The notes under the pieces are model-generated. The model saw only the letters and a list, made by a program, of their open reading frames with translations, was not told the origin of the DNA and did not search any database. Below, piece by piece: positions 53,020-61,400 of a stretch of DNA of 64,000 nucleotides. The stretch is from Chloroflexota bacterium (GTDB lineage: Bacteria > Chloroflexota > Dehalococcoidia > E44-bin15). The stretch's first letter is position 1; each line of letters starts with the position of its first letter. The translations under genes were made by a program, and so were the position numbers. The stretch lies in assembly GCA_034189695.1 (NCBI GenBank), contig JAXHUA010000141.1, positions 3,341-67,340 on the forward strand, given 5' to 3'.

Positions 53020-54969
53020 TCAGGGCAGGCCCAAGGCCATTCTCAGCGTGTAGTCGGCGGTGGCTGGGCCCCATCCATGCGCGAGGGCCAGGACGCGGCG
53101 TCTTGCGCCGCACAGGCCCGCCTGAGGGGACGTCACGTCGATGACGTCGAACAGGTCCTGGCCGCAGTTCATCGGGGCCAGGAGTTCGCCCCCGAGCCTC
53201 TCCATCTCGGCGTCTCTGATGACTGCAACGCCCCGCTGATGCGCCTTGTCGGTCGTGTCGAGGTTGATGTCCTGTACCTGCACGAGCCGGTCGCAGACAT
53301 CTTCGATGTCGTTCCAGCTCCACTCCTCGGTCATCAGGGCATCGCCGAATACCTGGGCTCGGTTGGCGGAAGCGATCTCCTCCCGGTAGCGCCCGCGAAG
53401 GATGGCATGGTCCGTGCCGTAGCTGTACGTGCTCTCGTCGCTTGCCTGCGGGTTCGTCAGGTAGGCCTTCTGGGCGATGAACAGTATGACGTCGGGGACC
53501 ATGTCGAGCAGGCGCTGCACGGCGGTGAGGGCGCTCTGGCCGGGATGAATGGTGAAGGCGGGCGTCTGGATTATGGCGCTGGAGGGCGAGTACGAGGTGA
53601 GTTCGAGACCGGCCCGGGCGAAGAGGAAGGAGAGAAGCTGGAAGATGTTGCGTGCGCCTGCCTGCCAGGTGAACTGCCTCCTGGCGCGCCAGCGTTCCAG
53701 CAGTGACCACCCATCGCGGGCATGCAGGACGAAGGTGCTGTGCCCGGGCGCGGTGACGTGCTCCCACGCTTCCAGCCAGAAGGCGGGCGCGGTTGCGGAC
53801 TTGGGGCCTTCGGAGGTGTGGTAGCCCAGGCGGAGGACGGCCTCGCTGCCCGGAGTGATTGGGGACTGGGGGTCGTTGTAGCGGCCGTCGTCGTTGCGCA
53901 GGGTGAGTTGAAGGCGCCCCGAGAAAGGCCGGATGGCGGTTGTCAGGGCGATGACGTCGTCGGAGAGCTCTACGGACTGGGGGAGTATTCGGGCGCGCCA
54001 CACGGCGTACGGGGCGCAGAGCCAGGCGTGGGAGGCGTCGTGGGTCAGGACGACGCCGTAGGCGCTGTCGAGGTTGAAGGGCACCGGCTCGCGCCACAGG
54101 CTGGAGATGAAATCGGCGCTGGGGAGTGAATGGCTCCAGTGGGGGCGCGAGTATGGCTCGTCGCCGGCGTAGCGTTCGACGAAGAAGAGCCGGCAGACGT
54201 CGGGGATGTCCAGCGAGGGTGCGAGGTACTCGGTGTACGAGTCGGCGCTGGCGGCGATGACCTCCTGCAGCTCGGACCACGAGTCGGGGGCCATGGTGTA
54301 GCCGTCGCCCAGGACGCACGTCCACAGCCCTGGCCCGCCGGCGGCGTCAACGCCGCTCACCGCCGCGTTCCAGTCTCCAAAATGGACCACGGCGATGCCG
54401 GTCACGGCGGTGAGCGTGCTAGTCCAGGGTGCCGGCTGCTCCCAGACGCCTCCGATGCGGCGGCGCCGGTAGACTGTCGCCCCGTCGGAATACAGGACCA
54501 GCGCATCGCCGTTCGCCTTGAAGCAGGCGGCCACGCGGTAGTCGGCGCAGTCGCCGCCGATGTAGGTCATGTCGATGGGGTCGCCCCAGGTGTCGCCGCA
54601 GGTTGTGCTCTCCCTGCGCCGCAGCCAGCCGGTGCTCTGCACCCAGAAGGCGAGGACCTCATTGCCCCGCGAGCATACGGCCACGTCGGAGCCGGTGTAG
54701 CCCCAGTAGTACCAGTGTGAGAAGTCGCTCTCCGGCCCGGGGTCGGGGACGCGCTGGCGATAGATGCCGCCTCCGCCCCTGAGCCGTACCAGGCTGCCGT
54801 CGCCGGGCATGGTGGCGTCCGTGTGGCAGTCGGGCTCCTCGCCGCTGTACAGCCGCTCCCATCGCAGGCGGGTGGCTGCCCCGAGCTTCTCGACCAGTTC
54901 TACCCTGAGGTACGGCCTGGCCGTGGCGCTCCTCTGGGCGGCCAGCAAAGCGCTCGGCAGTGCTCTCAT
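53020..54969 (-). CDS. large phage-like structural protein (649 aa), beta-rich, possible tail/host-interaction or glycosidase-like protein
   Basis: No Walker motifs; Trp/Tyr/Gly-rich repeats (WYYWGYTGSD, YSDGATVYRRR) suggest a beta-propeller/BNR-like fold; positioned after the head genes. Confidence 0.35.
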   Translation of the reverse strand: MRALPSALLAAQRSATARPYLRVELVEKLGAATRLRWERLYSGEEPDCHTDATMPGDGSLVRLRGGGGIYRQRVPDPGPESDFSHWYYWGYTGSDVAVCSRGNEVLAFWVQSTGWLRRRESTTCGDTWGDPIDMTYIGGDCADYRVAACFKANGDALVLYSDGATVYRRRRIGGVWEQPAPWTSTLTAVTGIAVVHFGDWNAAVSGVDAAGGPGLWTCVLGDGYTMAPDSWSELQEVIAASADSYTEYLAPSLDIPDVCRLFFVERYAGDEPYSRPHWSHSLPSADFISSLWREPVPFNLDSAYGVVLTHDASHAWLCAPYAVWRARILPQSVELSDDVIALTTAIRPFSGRLQLTLRNDDGRYNDPQSPITPGSEAVLRLGYHTSEGPKSATAPAFWLEAWEHVTAPGHSTFVLHARDGWSLLERWRARRQFTWQAGARNIFQLLSFLFARAGLELTSYSPSSAIIQTPAFTIHPGQSALTAVQRLLDMVPDVILFIAQKAYLTNPQASDESTYSYGTDHAILRGRYREEIASANRAQVFGDALMTEEWSWNDIEDVCDRLVQVQDINLDTTDKAHQRGVAVIRDAEMERLGGELLAPMNCGQDLFDVIDVTSPQAGLCGARRRVLALAHGWGPATADYTLRMALGLP

Positions 54970-54978
54970 GTCGCCGCC

Positions 54979-55254
54979 TCAGCGGGAGGCGAGATCTCGA
55001 GCGGCGGCTATCGCCTCGCTGAACTCGCGGCCCACGTTCTCGAACGCCTGCGTTATCTCACGGCGTTGCTCCGGAGTCGTGGTCGGCTCCTCGAGGGCGT
55101 GGTGCATGCTCAGGCCGCACACGCCGAGGGCCACCACGGCCTCGGAGGTCTCCTTGAGCAGCGTCAGGCCCTTGCGCCATTTTGCCCCCAGGAGCCCCGA
55201 CACGATGCCCAGCAGGGGCACGATGATGGTGGCTGCGATCTCCCATGCGCTCAT
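54979..55254 (-). CDS. small membrane protein (holin-like), 91 aa
   Basis: The N-terminal TM (IAATIIVPLLGIVSGLLGA) is followed by a charged C-terminus; a perfect AAGGAGG RBS lies 6 nt upstream of the ATG at 55254. The listed 251-aa ORF is an Arg/Pro-rich artefact upstream. Confidence 0.55.
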   Translation of the reverse strand: MSAWEIAATIIVPLLGIVSGLLGAKWRKGLTLLKETSEAVVALGVCGLSMHHALEEPTTTPEQRREITQAFENVGREFSEAIAAARDLASR

Positions 55255-55335
55255 GTTCTGTTCCTCCTTTCGTTTGGTGCTGGTTGTCGGTTTACGGCCT
55301 TTCGATGGGGCGGTGGGTGATTGAGGTGGGGGCCT

Positions 55336-55423
55336 GGGGCCGTTCATGCCCCTCACTTCGCTCGGGACAAGGTTCGACAGGCCTGCCCTGAGCTTGTCGA
55401 AGGGCTCACCACGAACGGCTGGG
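55336..55423. repeat. 88-bp repeat unit (MITE/REP-like), a perfect inverted copy of 58135-58222
   Basis: GGGGCCGTTCATGCCCCTCACTTCGCTCGGGACAAGGTTCGACAGGCCTGCCCTGAGCTTGTCGAAGGGCTCACCACGAACGGCTGGG. It contains an internal hairpin TTCGACA...TGTCGAA and imperfect terminal inverted repeats CCGTTC/GAACGG. Confidence 0.9.
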
Positions 55424-55493
55424 GTGTGGCCACTGGGCGACGTGGGCCGTTGATGCCTCTGAGTTCGTCCACTGCTGCCTCGCCGTTCATGGG

Positions 55494-55832
55494 TCACACC
55501 AGGGCGAGCAGGGTGTCGGGCACCGGGCGCGCGGCGTGGCGGTAGTGACCTGCCAGGTGCCTGGCCGCGCTGAGTATCCGCTCGGGCGCTGCGCTGACTC
55601 TCTCGCCTCGGTGGCCGCCGGGGGACAGCGCCGCCACCGCGGCCGGCATGCGGTCCCAGTCGACGGTCTTCTCGACGTCGAGCTTCCCCTTGAGGGCGCG
55701 GAAGATGGCCCGGGTGTGGTGTGGCAGCTTCCACGTGTCGGGGTCGTCCGGGTCGCCCACGATGGCGAACGCGTCGCTGGGAAGGCCGTCCTTGGTCGGC
55801 GGGAGACCTTCTTTCACTCTGGCGTTGGACAT
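55494..55832 (-). CDS. hypothetical phage-module protein (112 aa)
   Basis: Conserved position between the connector-like gene and the small membrane protein; no recognisable motif. Confidence 0.35.
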   Translation of the reverse strand: MSNARVKEGLPPTKDGLPSDAFAIVGDPDDPDTWKLPHHTRAIFRALKGKLDVEKTVDWDRMPAAVAALSPGGHRGERVSAAPERILSAARHLAGHYRHAARPVPDTLLALV

Positions 55833-55885
55833 CGCTACCTCCTTTCCAGGCCGGGGCGGAGCTGATGCTCCTCCCTAACCGGATG

Positions 55886-56518
55886 CTATGGCCCTGGGTC
55901 TGTGGAGAGGCCCCTGATGGGTGCCGCCGGAGTGTAGAGGCGGGTGCCCCTCACCTTGCCGCGTCGCCCGAGCCTCCTCAGTTCCTCCCTGAAGTGGGAC
56001 AGCCTTTGCCGTCCCTCGACGGCAAAGCGGTCGGGCGTGTCGATGCCGCCAAGGTTGACCTGGTTGATGGCGAAGGCGGCCCACTCCACCAGGGCATACC
56101 CTTCGGCGCCGTTGGCTATCAGGTCCTCAAAAGGTGGTGGGATGGTCGAGGTGTCGCCGTCGAGGGTGTGGAGCTTGCCGTAGGCGACGCGGCAGTCGGA
56201 GCCGTCGGGCACTTCGTCGCCGAGCACCGTGAGCGTGTCTTTCCAGATGGCGAAGCGCTGGTAGCACGGCGGGAAGCGGCCCACGGGGTACTCGGCCGCC
56301 TGGACGAGGACGCGGTCGGACAGGGTCGAGATGTCGATCTCACGCGAGCCCTCGGTGGTGGGCAGGAGCGCCGTTTGCTCCTGCGGCACCGCCAGCGAGA
56401 ACTCCCGCACCGCGTGGGCGATGTGGCGGTCGAGTTCGTCGTCGCTCCAGCGTCGGTTCTCCGGGTCCTCGTCGTGCAGGTCCCGTCTGACTGTGCAGCG
56501 CATCTCGCTCAGGTCCAT
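55886..56518 (-). CDS. putative head-tail connector/adaptor protein (gp6-like), tentative
   Basis: 210 aa, acidic, helical N-terminus (MDLSEMRCTVRRDLHDEDPENRRWSDDELDRHIAHAVREF), directly downstream of the capsid gene as in HK97-type head modules. Confidence 0.4.
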   Translation of the reverse strand: MDLSEMRCTVRRDLHDEDPENRRWSDDELDRHIAHAVREFSLAVPQEQTALLPTTEGSREIDISTLSDRVLVQAAEYPVGRFPPCYQRFAIWKDTLTVLGDEVPDGSDCRVAYGKLHTLDGDTSTIPPPFEDLIANGAEGYALVEWAAFAINQVNLGGIDTPDRFAVEGRQRLSHFREELRRLGRRGKVRGTRLYTPAAPIRGLSTDPGP

Positions 56519-56529
56519 CTACGCTCTCC

Positions 56530-56660
56530 TTCTGTCTTCACTCCCCCCTCCCTCCCGCTTCCTCCCTCCCGCGAGGGGAGGGAGGAACCGCTCCACACTC
56601 CCTTGAGGGAGAGGGCAAGGCCTGCCCTGAGCTTGTCGAAGGGGTGAGGGTGAAACGCCC
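56530..56660. repeat. composite intergenic repeat: GA/CT palindromes (TTCCTCCCTCCC-GCGA-GGGGAGGGAGGAA; CTCCCTTGAGGGAGAGGG) plus a CCTGCCCTGAGCTTGTCGAAGGGG unit
   Basis: Shares the CTTCGACAAGCTCAGGGC core with copies at 55379, 58083, 58153, 61697, 61789 and a diverged copy at about 17490-17515. Confidence 0.8.
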
Positions 56661-56674
56661 GCATGGGCGAGTCG

Positions 56675-57577
56675 CTACGAGCCAACCGGCCTCACGCCGA
56701 TGAGGCGCGCCAGCTTCACGGTGCTGAAGAGCGCCAGGCCGACGTACCACTTGATGCGCGTCCGCGTGGCGTCCTTGGCCTCGAGCTGGCCGACGCGCTC
56801 CACCTGTATCCCGCCGGGCGCGGTCAACCCGCACAGCGCCCCCTCGCCCATCTGGAAGGCGTAGATGGTGGAACAGTCGGAGCTGGTGCCGACGACCTTG
56901 TTGTCGCCTACCCAGTCGCTGATGGCCACCGGGATGCCGTTGTACAGCTCGATGAACGCGCCCCAGTCGTCGCGCTCCACCTGGAGGTACGAGCCGGCGG
57001 CGCGGGAGAGCTGGTTGAGGCTTCGGCGGGTGCGTCGGCTCATGAGCAGCAGCTCCGGCTTGCCCCCTTTGACCATGTCTACCAGCTCATCGAGCTTGTC
57101 GAGCGTGAGTGCTCCGCCGTTGTCGCCCATGGAGAGCGTCTGGCCGGTGGTCTGGCATATCTTGTCGACGCCCTCGAAGTCCTTGGATGCCCCGGTGCCC
57201 AGCCCGTTGATGAAGGTGTCCTCGAACTCGTGGCGCACCGCCTTGGCGTTCAGCTCGACCACCGCCGCCTCGACGTCCTGGAGATTGGAGCGGGTCGCCT
57301 TGATGAAGTTGTCCACGTCGGCGTTGGCCCCGACGATCTCCAGCCCGGCGGTCACCTGCTCGAGGGTGGGCGCCGTCTCCGCGCTCCACTCCTCGTTCTC
57401 GTCGTACCACGCCACGGTGGGCAGGGTGCTCTCACGGTTGTACGTCAGGCCGTTGCCCACGATCTCAATGAAGGGCAGCTTCTGAAGGACGGGGGAGTCC
57501 TTGATGATGGTCTCGATGACGCCCAGAAGCAGGACGTCGTTCGACAGTTTGGATGCTTCGGCGAGTGTGATAGCCAT
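56675..57577 (-). CDS. putative major capsid protein (HK97-fold-like)
   Basis: 300 aa; translationally coupled (3-nt gap) to an upstream coiled-coil scaffold-like protein; C-terminal region alpha/beta-rich, like MCPs. The family assignment rests on context and composition only. Confidence 0.5.
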   Translation of the reverse strand: MAITLAEASKLSNDVLLLGVIETIIKDSPVLQKLPFIEIVGNGLTYNRESTLPTVAWYDENEEWSAETAPTLEQVTAGLEIVGANADVDNFIKATRSNLQDVEAAVVELNAKAVRHEFEDTFINGLGTGASKDFEGVDKICQTTGQTLSMGDNGGALTLDKLDELVDMVKGGKPELLLMSRRTRRSLNQLSRAAGSYLQVERDDWGAFIELYNGIPVAISDWVGDNKVVGTSSDCSTIYAFQMGEGALCGLTAPGGIQVERVGQLEAKDATRTRIKWYVGLALFSTVKLARLIGVRPVGS

Positions 57578-57580
57578 CGG

Positions 57581-58051
57581 CTATGCCTCCTTTCCCAGTG
57601 CGTAGTGGATCTTCTCCCTGGGGGACATGGCGGACAGATCGGGGACGGCGCGCTCCGGGGCGCCGGCCGGCACGTGCGTCGCCTTGAGGTCTTCCTCCAG
57701 TGTTTGCCGCACCCGCCCCGCCATATCCCGTGCCCGGTCGAGTGACGCGTCGATGTCGGCGATGGTCGCGCCGGCGACCATCTCCTCCGGGATCTGCGGG
57801 TTGGCGGCGACGAGCGCCGCGCGGTAGCTGGCCACCGCCTCATGCAGCGTTTCGGTCGCCGCCGCCAGCTCGGCGTCCCTCTCATCGAGCGCCGCCTTCA
57901 TCGAGGTCAGCTCCTGCTGGCCGGCGTCGTTCGCCGCCAGCGCCTCGGCAAGCTGCGCCTGGAGTTCGCCGAGCCTGGCGTCTCTCTCCCCAAGCTGCGC
58001 TTTCAAGCCCTCCAGTTCCGTCTGTACCATTGCAGTCTCTTCCTCGTTCAT
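57581..58051 (-). CDS. putative scaffolding protein (coiled-coil)
   Basis: 156 aa, strongly helical Ala/Glu/Leu-rich (LEGLKAQLGERDARLGELQAQLAEALAAND...), immediately upstream of the capsid gene. Confidence 0.5.
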   Translation of the reverse strand: MNEEETAMVQTELEGLKAQLGERDARLGELQAQLAEALAANDAGQQELTSMKAALDERDAELAAATETLHEAVASYRAALVAANPQIPEEMVAGATIADIDASLDRARDMAGRVRQTLEEDLKATHVPAGAPERAVPDLSAMSPREKIHYALGKEA

Positions 58052-58059
58052 TCCTGGCC

Positions 58060-58340
58060 TCCTTGAAAGTCTTCGCTTTCACCCCTTCGACAAGCTCAGG
58101 GCGAACCGTTGGCAAGGTCGTGGTGAGCCGCCGGCCCAGCCGTTCGTGGTGAGCCCTTCGACAAGCTCAGGGCAGGCCTGTCGAACCTTGTCCCGAGCGA
58201 AGTGAGGGGCATGAACGGCCCCGGGCGAACGCTTGGCACTCACCCTAGCCCTCTCCCGTCAAGGGAGAGGGAATGTGCTGCCGCGAGCCGCGGGAGGTGC
58301 AACTGTCCTCCCTCCCCCAGAAGGAGGGGGATGCCTCCTT
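58060..58340. repeat. repeat-dense intergenic region (two CCCTTCGACAAGCTCAGGGC units, a CCCTCTCCC-GTCAA-GGGAGAGGG hairpin, and a CCTCCCTCCCCC/GGAGGGGG hairpin)
   Basis: Direct inspection. The units recur at 61683-61860 and 56530-56660. Confidence 0.8.
58135..58222. repeat. 88-bp repeat unit, reverse-complement copy of 55336-55423 (100% identity)
   Basis: Exact reverse complement over 88 bp. Together the two copies bracket 55424-58134 (scaffold, capsid and two small head genes). Confidence 0.9.
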
Positions 58341-58395
58341 CACTCGCCAGCGTGCCACGCACTCTCACGCTCCCCGCTGGCGACTGCACCGAGGA

Positions 58396-58411
58396 TAGAA
58401 CACATGTTCTA
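58396..58411. promoter_or_regulatory. operator-like palindrome TAGAAC-ACAT-GTTCTA, 26 nt upstream of the -35 of the R-M gene promoter
   Basis: 6-bp perfect arms. The same TAGAAC-N4-GTTCTA motif occurs at 63497-63512 and nowhere else in the window. The downstream promoter is TTGACA (58438-43)-17-TACCAT (58461-66), followed by an AGGAGG RBS. Confidence 0.55.
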
Positions 58412-58492
58412 CGCGCGTCAAGCCAGAAATGTCACGGTTGACATGCTTGAGAGCGGCCACTACCATTGTGGTGCTCGCATAGGAGGCGTTGG

Positions 58493-61400
58493 ATGGCAGC
58501 GGACCTCAAGCCGCTCCGGGAGTACGCACGCGCGGTGGCGCGGGAACTGGGGGTGGGCAACACCACGGAGCACAGCCACCGGCCGGCGCTGAAGGGCCTG
58601 CTCGAGGCGCTCGACGGCAGGGTCGTGGCGACCAATGAGCCGAAGCGCATAGCCTGTGGTGCCCCAGACTTCGTGGTCACACGTGGTGCCTCGGTGGTGG
58701 GCTACATCGAGGGCAAGGACGTCGGCAGCAGCCTCGACGACGCCGAGCGTTCGGAGCAGATGGAGCGCTACCTCCCATCGCTGAGCAACCTGGTGCTCAC
58801 CGACTACCTCAGCTTCCGCTGGTACGTCGACGGCCACCTGAGGCTATCCGCCCGCCTGGGCCGGGCGTCACTGTCGGGCAAGGTGCTCGTGGACAGGGAC
58901 GGCCTCAACGCCGTGGCCGATCTGCTCGCCTCCTTCCTGTGCCACACCGCCGAGGGCGTCGGCACACCGAGGGAGCTGGCCGAGCGCCTGGCGCGCCTGG
59001 CCCGCCTGGCCCGCGGCCTTATCGCCAACGCGATTGCCAGCGAGGCCGAGGCCGGCCCCCTCCACGGCCAACTGGCCGCGTTCCGTGACAACCTCATTCC
59101 CGACCTGAGCCCGGAGCGGTTCGCCGACATGTATGCCCAGACCATGGCCTACGGCCTGTTCGCCGCGCGCTGCGCCGCGGACGGCGGCTGCTTCACTCGC
59201 CAGAACGCCGGGTACCTCCTGCCCCGGACCAACCCCTTCCTGCGCAACCTCTTCGGCGACATCGCCGGCCCGAACCTCGACGACCGAGTCGCCTGGCTCG
59301 CCGACGACCTGGCGCAGGTGCTGGCGCAGGCCGACATGGACGCCGTGCTGCGCGATTTCGGGCGGAGGACGGCCACCGAGGACCCGGTGGTGCATTTCTA
59401 TGAGACCTTCCTGGGCCGGTACGACCCGAGGGAGCGCCAGGTACGCGGGGTGTACTACACCCCCGAGCCGGTGGTGTCCTACATCGTGCGCTCGGTCGAC
59501 CACCTGCTCAGGACGCGCTTCAACAGCCCCGAGGGCCTGGCCGACCCCCGCGTCCTCATCCTCGACCCCGCTGTGGGCACCGGCACCTTCCTCTACAGCA
59601 TAGTCCGGAAGATCCACGAGGCCTTCGTGCGCCAGGGGCAGGGTGGCCTCTGGAACGACTACGTGGCCGACCGTCTCCTGCGGCGCCTGTTCGGCTTCGA
59701 GCTGCTGATGGCCCCCTACGCCGTGGCCCACCTCAAGCTGGGGCTGCTGCTCCGCGAGACCGGCTACCGGTTCCAGGCCGACCAGCGCCTTGGCGTATAC
59801 CTGACCAACACCCTGGAGGAGGCCTTCACCCGCTCCCAGCTCCTCGCCGGGTTCAACCGCTACATCGTTGACGAGGCCAACGCCGCCGCGCGCATCAAGA
59901 AGGAGAAGCCCATCATGGTGGTGCTGGGCAATCCACCCTACGCGGGCTTCTCCGCCAACGCGAGCACGCGCATGGTGAAGGAGGGCAGGAGCAAGCGGAT
60001 GAAGCGTGACTTGACCTGGATTGGCCGCCTCATCCAGGACTACAAGCAGGTCGATGGCGGGCCGCTGGGAGAGAGGAACCCCAAGTGGTTGCAGGACGAC
60101 TACGTCAAGTTCATCCGCTTCGGCCAGTGGCGCATCGAGCAGACCGGCCACGGCATCCTCGCGTTCATCACTAACCACGGCTACCTGGACAACCCGACCT
60201 TCCGCGGCATGCGCCAGTCGCTGATGAATACGTTCAGTGACATCTACGTCCTGGATCTCCACGGCAACGTGAAGAAGCGCGAGAGCGCGCCCGACGGCGG
60301 CCCCGACCAGAACGTGTTCGATATCCAGCAGGGGGTCGCCATCGGCATCTTCGTCAGGGAGCCTGGCCGGGAGAGGCCCGGGCGGGTGCAGCATGCCGAC
60401 CTTTGGGGGGCGCGTGGTGACTGGCCCGATCCCGAAGAGGGGACGAAGTACCGCGCGCTCGCGGAGACGGACGTCTCAACGACCTCTTGGGAGCCCTTGG
60501 CCCCCGCGACACCGGCCTATTTCTTCGTGCCCCGGGACGAGGTGCTGGCTGCCGAGTACCATCAGGGGTGGAAGGTAACGGACATCTTTCCGCTCCACAG
60601 CGCGGGCATCGTCACCGCGCGCGACAGCCTCGCGGTGGCATGGAGCGCGCAGGAAATGTGGCACACACTTGCGGACTTCGCTTCGCTGGAACCCGAGGCC
60701 GCGCGAGAGAAGTACAGGCTCGGTGCCGACGCCCGGGACTGGAGCGTGTCAATGGCCCAGGCGGACGTCACGGCCAGCGGTCCCACCCCCGACCGCGTGG
60801 TACCCCTGCTGTATCGGCCCTTCGACGTCAGGTTCACCTACTACACCGGGCGCTCCCGTGGCTTCCAGTGCATGCCGCGCCCAGACGTCATGCGCCACAT
60901 GCTGGGCGGCGCCAATGTTGCGCTCATCACTGTTCGCAAGGTGCCCCGCGGCCAGGCGGCGGGCTACTTCTCTGCTGCGCGCTTTCCGGCGAGCAATGGG
61001 GCGATACGCTCCGACAACCAGAGTATCGACTACGTTATCCCGCTGTACGCTTGGGCCGCACAAGGCGAGATGCAGTTTCAGGGAGAGCCGCGCCGGGCCA
61101 ATTTGAACCCGGCCTTCAGCAACGCCGTTTCGGACGCGCTAGCGCTGCGCTTCGTGGCCCACGGCAGCGGTGACCTGGAGCAGTCTTTCGGCCCGGAGGA
61201 CGTGTTCCACTACATCTACGCAGTGCTCCACTCGCCGGCGTACCGCAGCCGCTACGCGGACTTCCTCAAGACCGACTTCCCGCGCGTTCCCCTGACCTCG
61301 GAAAGGGGGCTCTTCGCGGCGCTCGCCGCCAAGGGCGCCCAGCTGGTCGCGCTGCACCTCATGGAGTCGCCCCTCCCGGCCACCCTCATCACCGGCTATC

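Noticed and set aside
52112-54325. 737-aa ORF on the minus strand (Arg/Pro/His-rich, MDVRPGRRLHHGPRLVV...)
   Set aside because: Extreme Arg/Pro bias and no domain signal, typical of an alternative reading frame of GC-rich coding DNA. It overlaps two well-formed genes (52261-52977 and 53020-54969) in another frame.
53020-54969. Large terminase as the identity of the 649-aa protein
   Set aside because: No Walker A/B ATPase motif and no RNaseH-like nuclease signature. It sits at the distal end of the structural module rather than upstream of the portal.
55360-55372. tRNA-like GGTTCGA motif within the repeats
   Set aside because: Lacks the full T-loop/T-stem (GGTTCGANTCC) and any acceptor/anticodon arm context, and occurs only inside the repeat unit. 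No tRNA gene could be supported anywhere in the window.
54979-55734. 251-aa ORF extending upstream of the small membrane protein
   Set aside because: The upstream 160 codons are an Arg/Pro/Gly-rich artefact that overlaps the 88-bp repeat. A perfect AAGGAGG RBS precedes the internal ATG at 55254, so only the 91-aa product is credible.
56675-57577. Encapsulin shell protein as an alternative to a phage capsid protein
   Set aside because: Encapsulin operons lack portal and scaffold genes and carry cargo with targeting peptides. Here a portal, a coiled-coil scaffold with a 3-nt coupling, and connector-like genes flank it, so a phage-type MCP is the better reading. Sequence-only confidence remains moderate.
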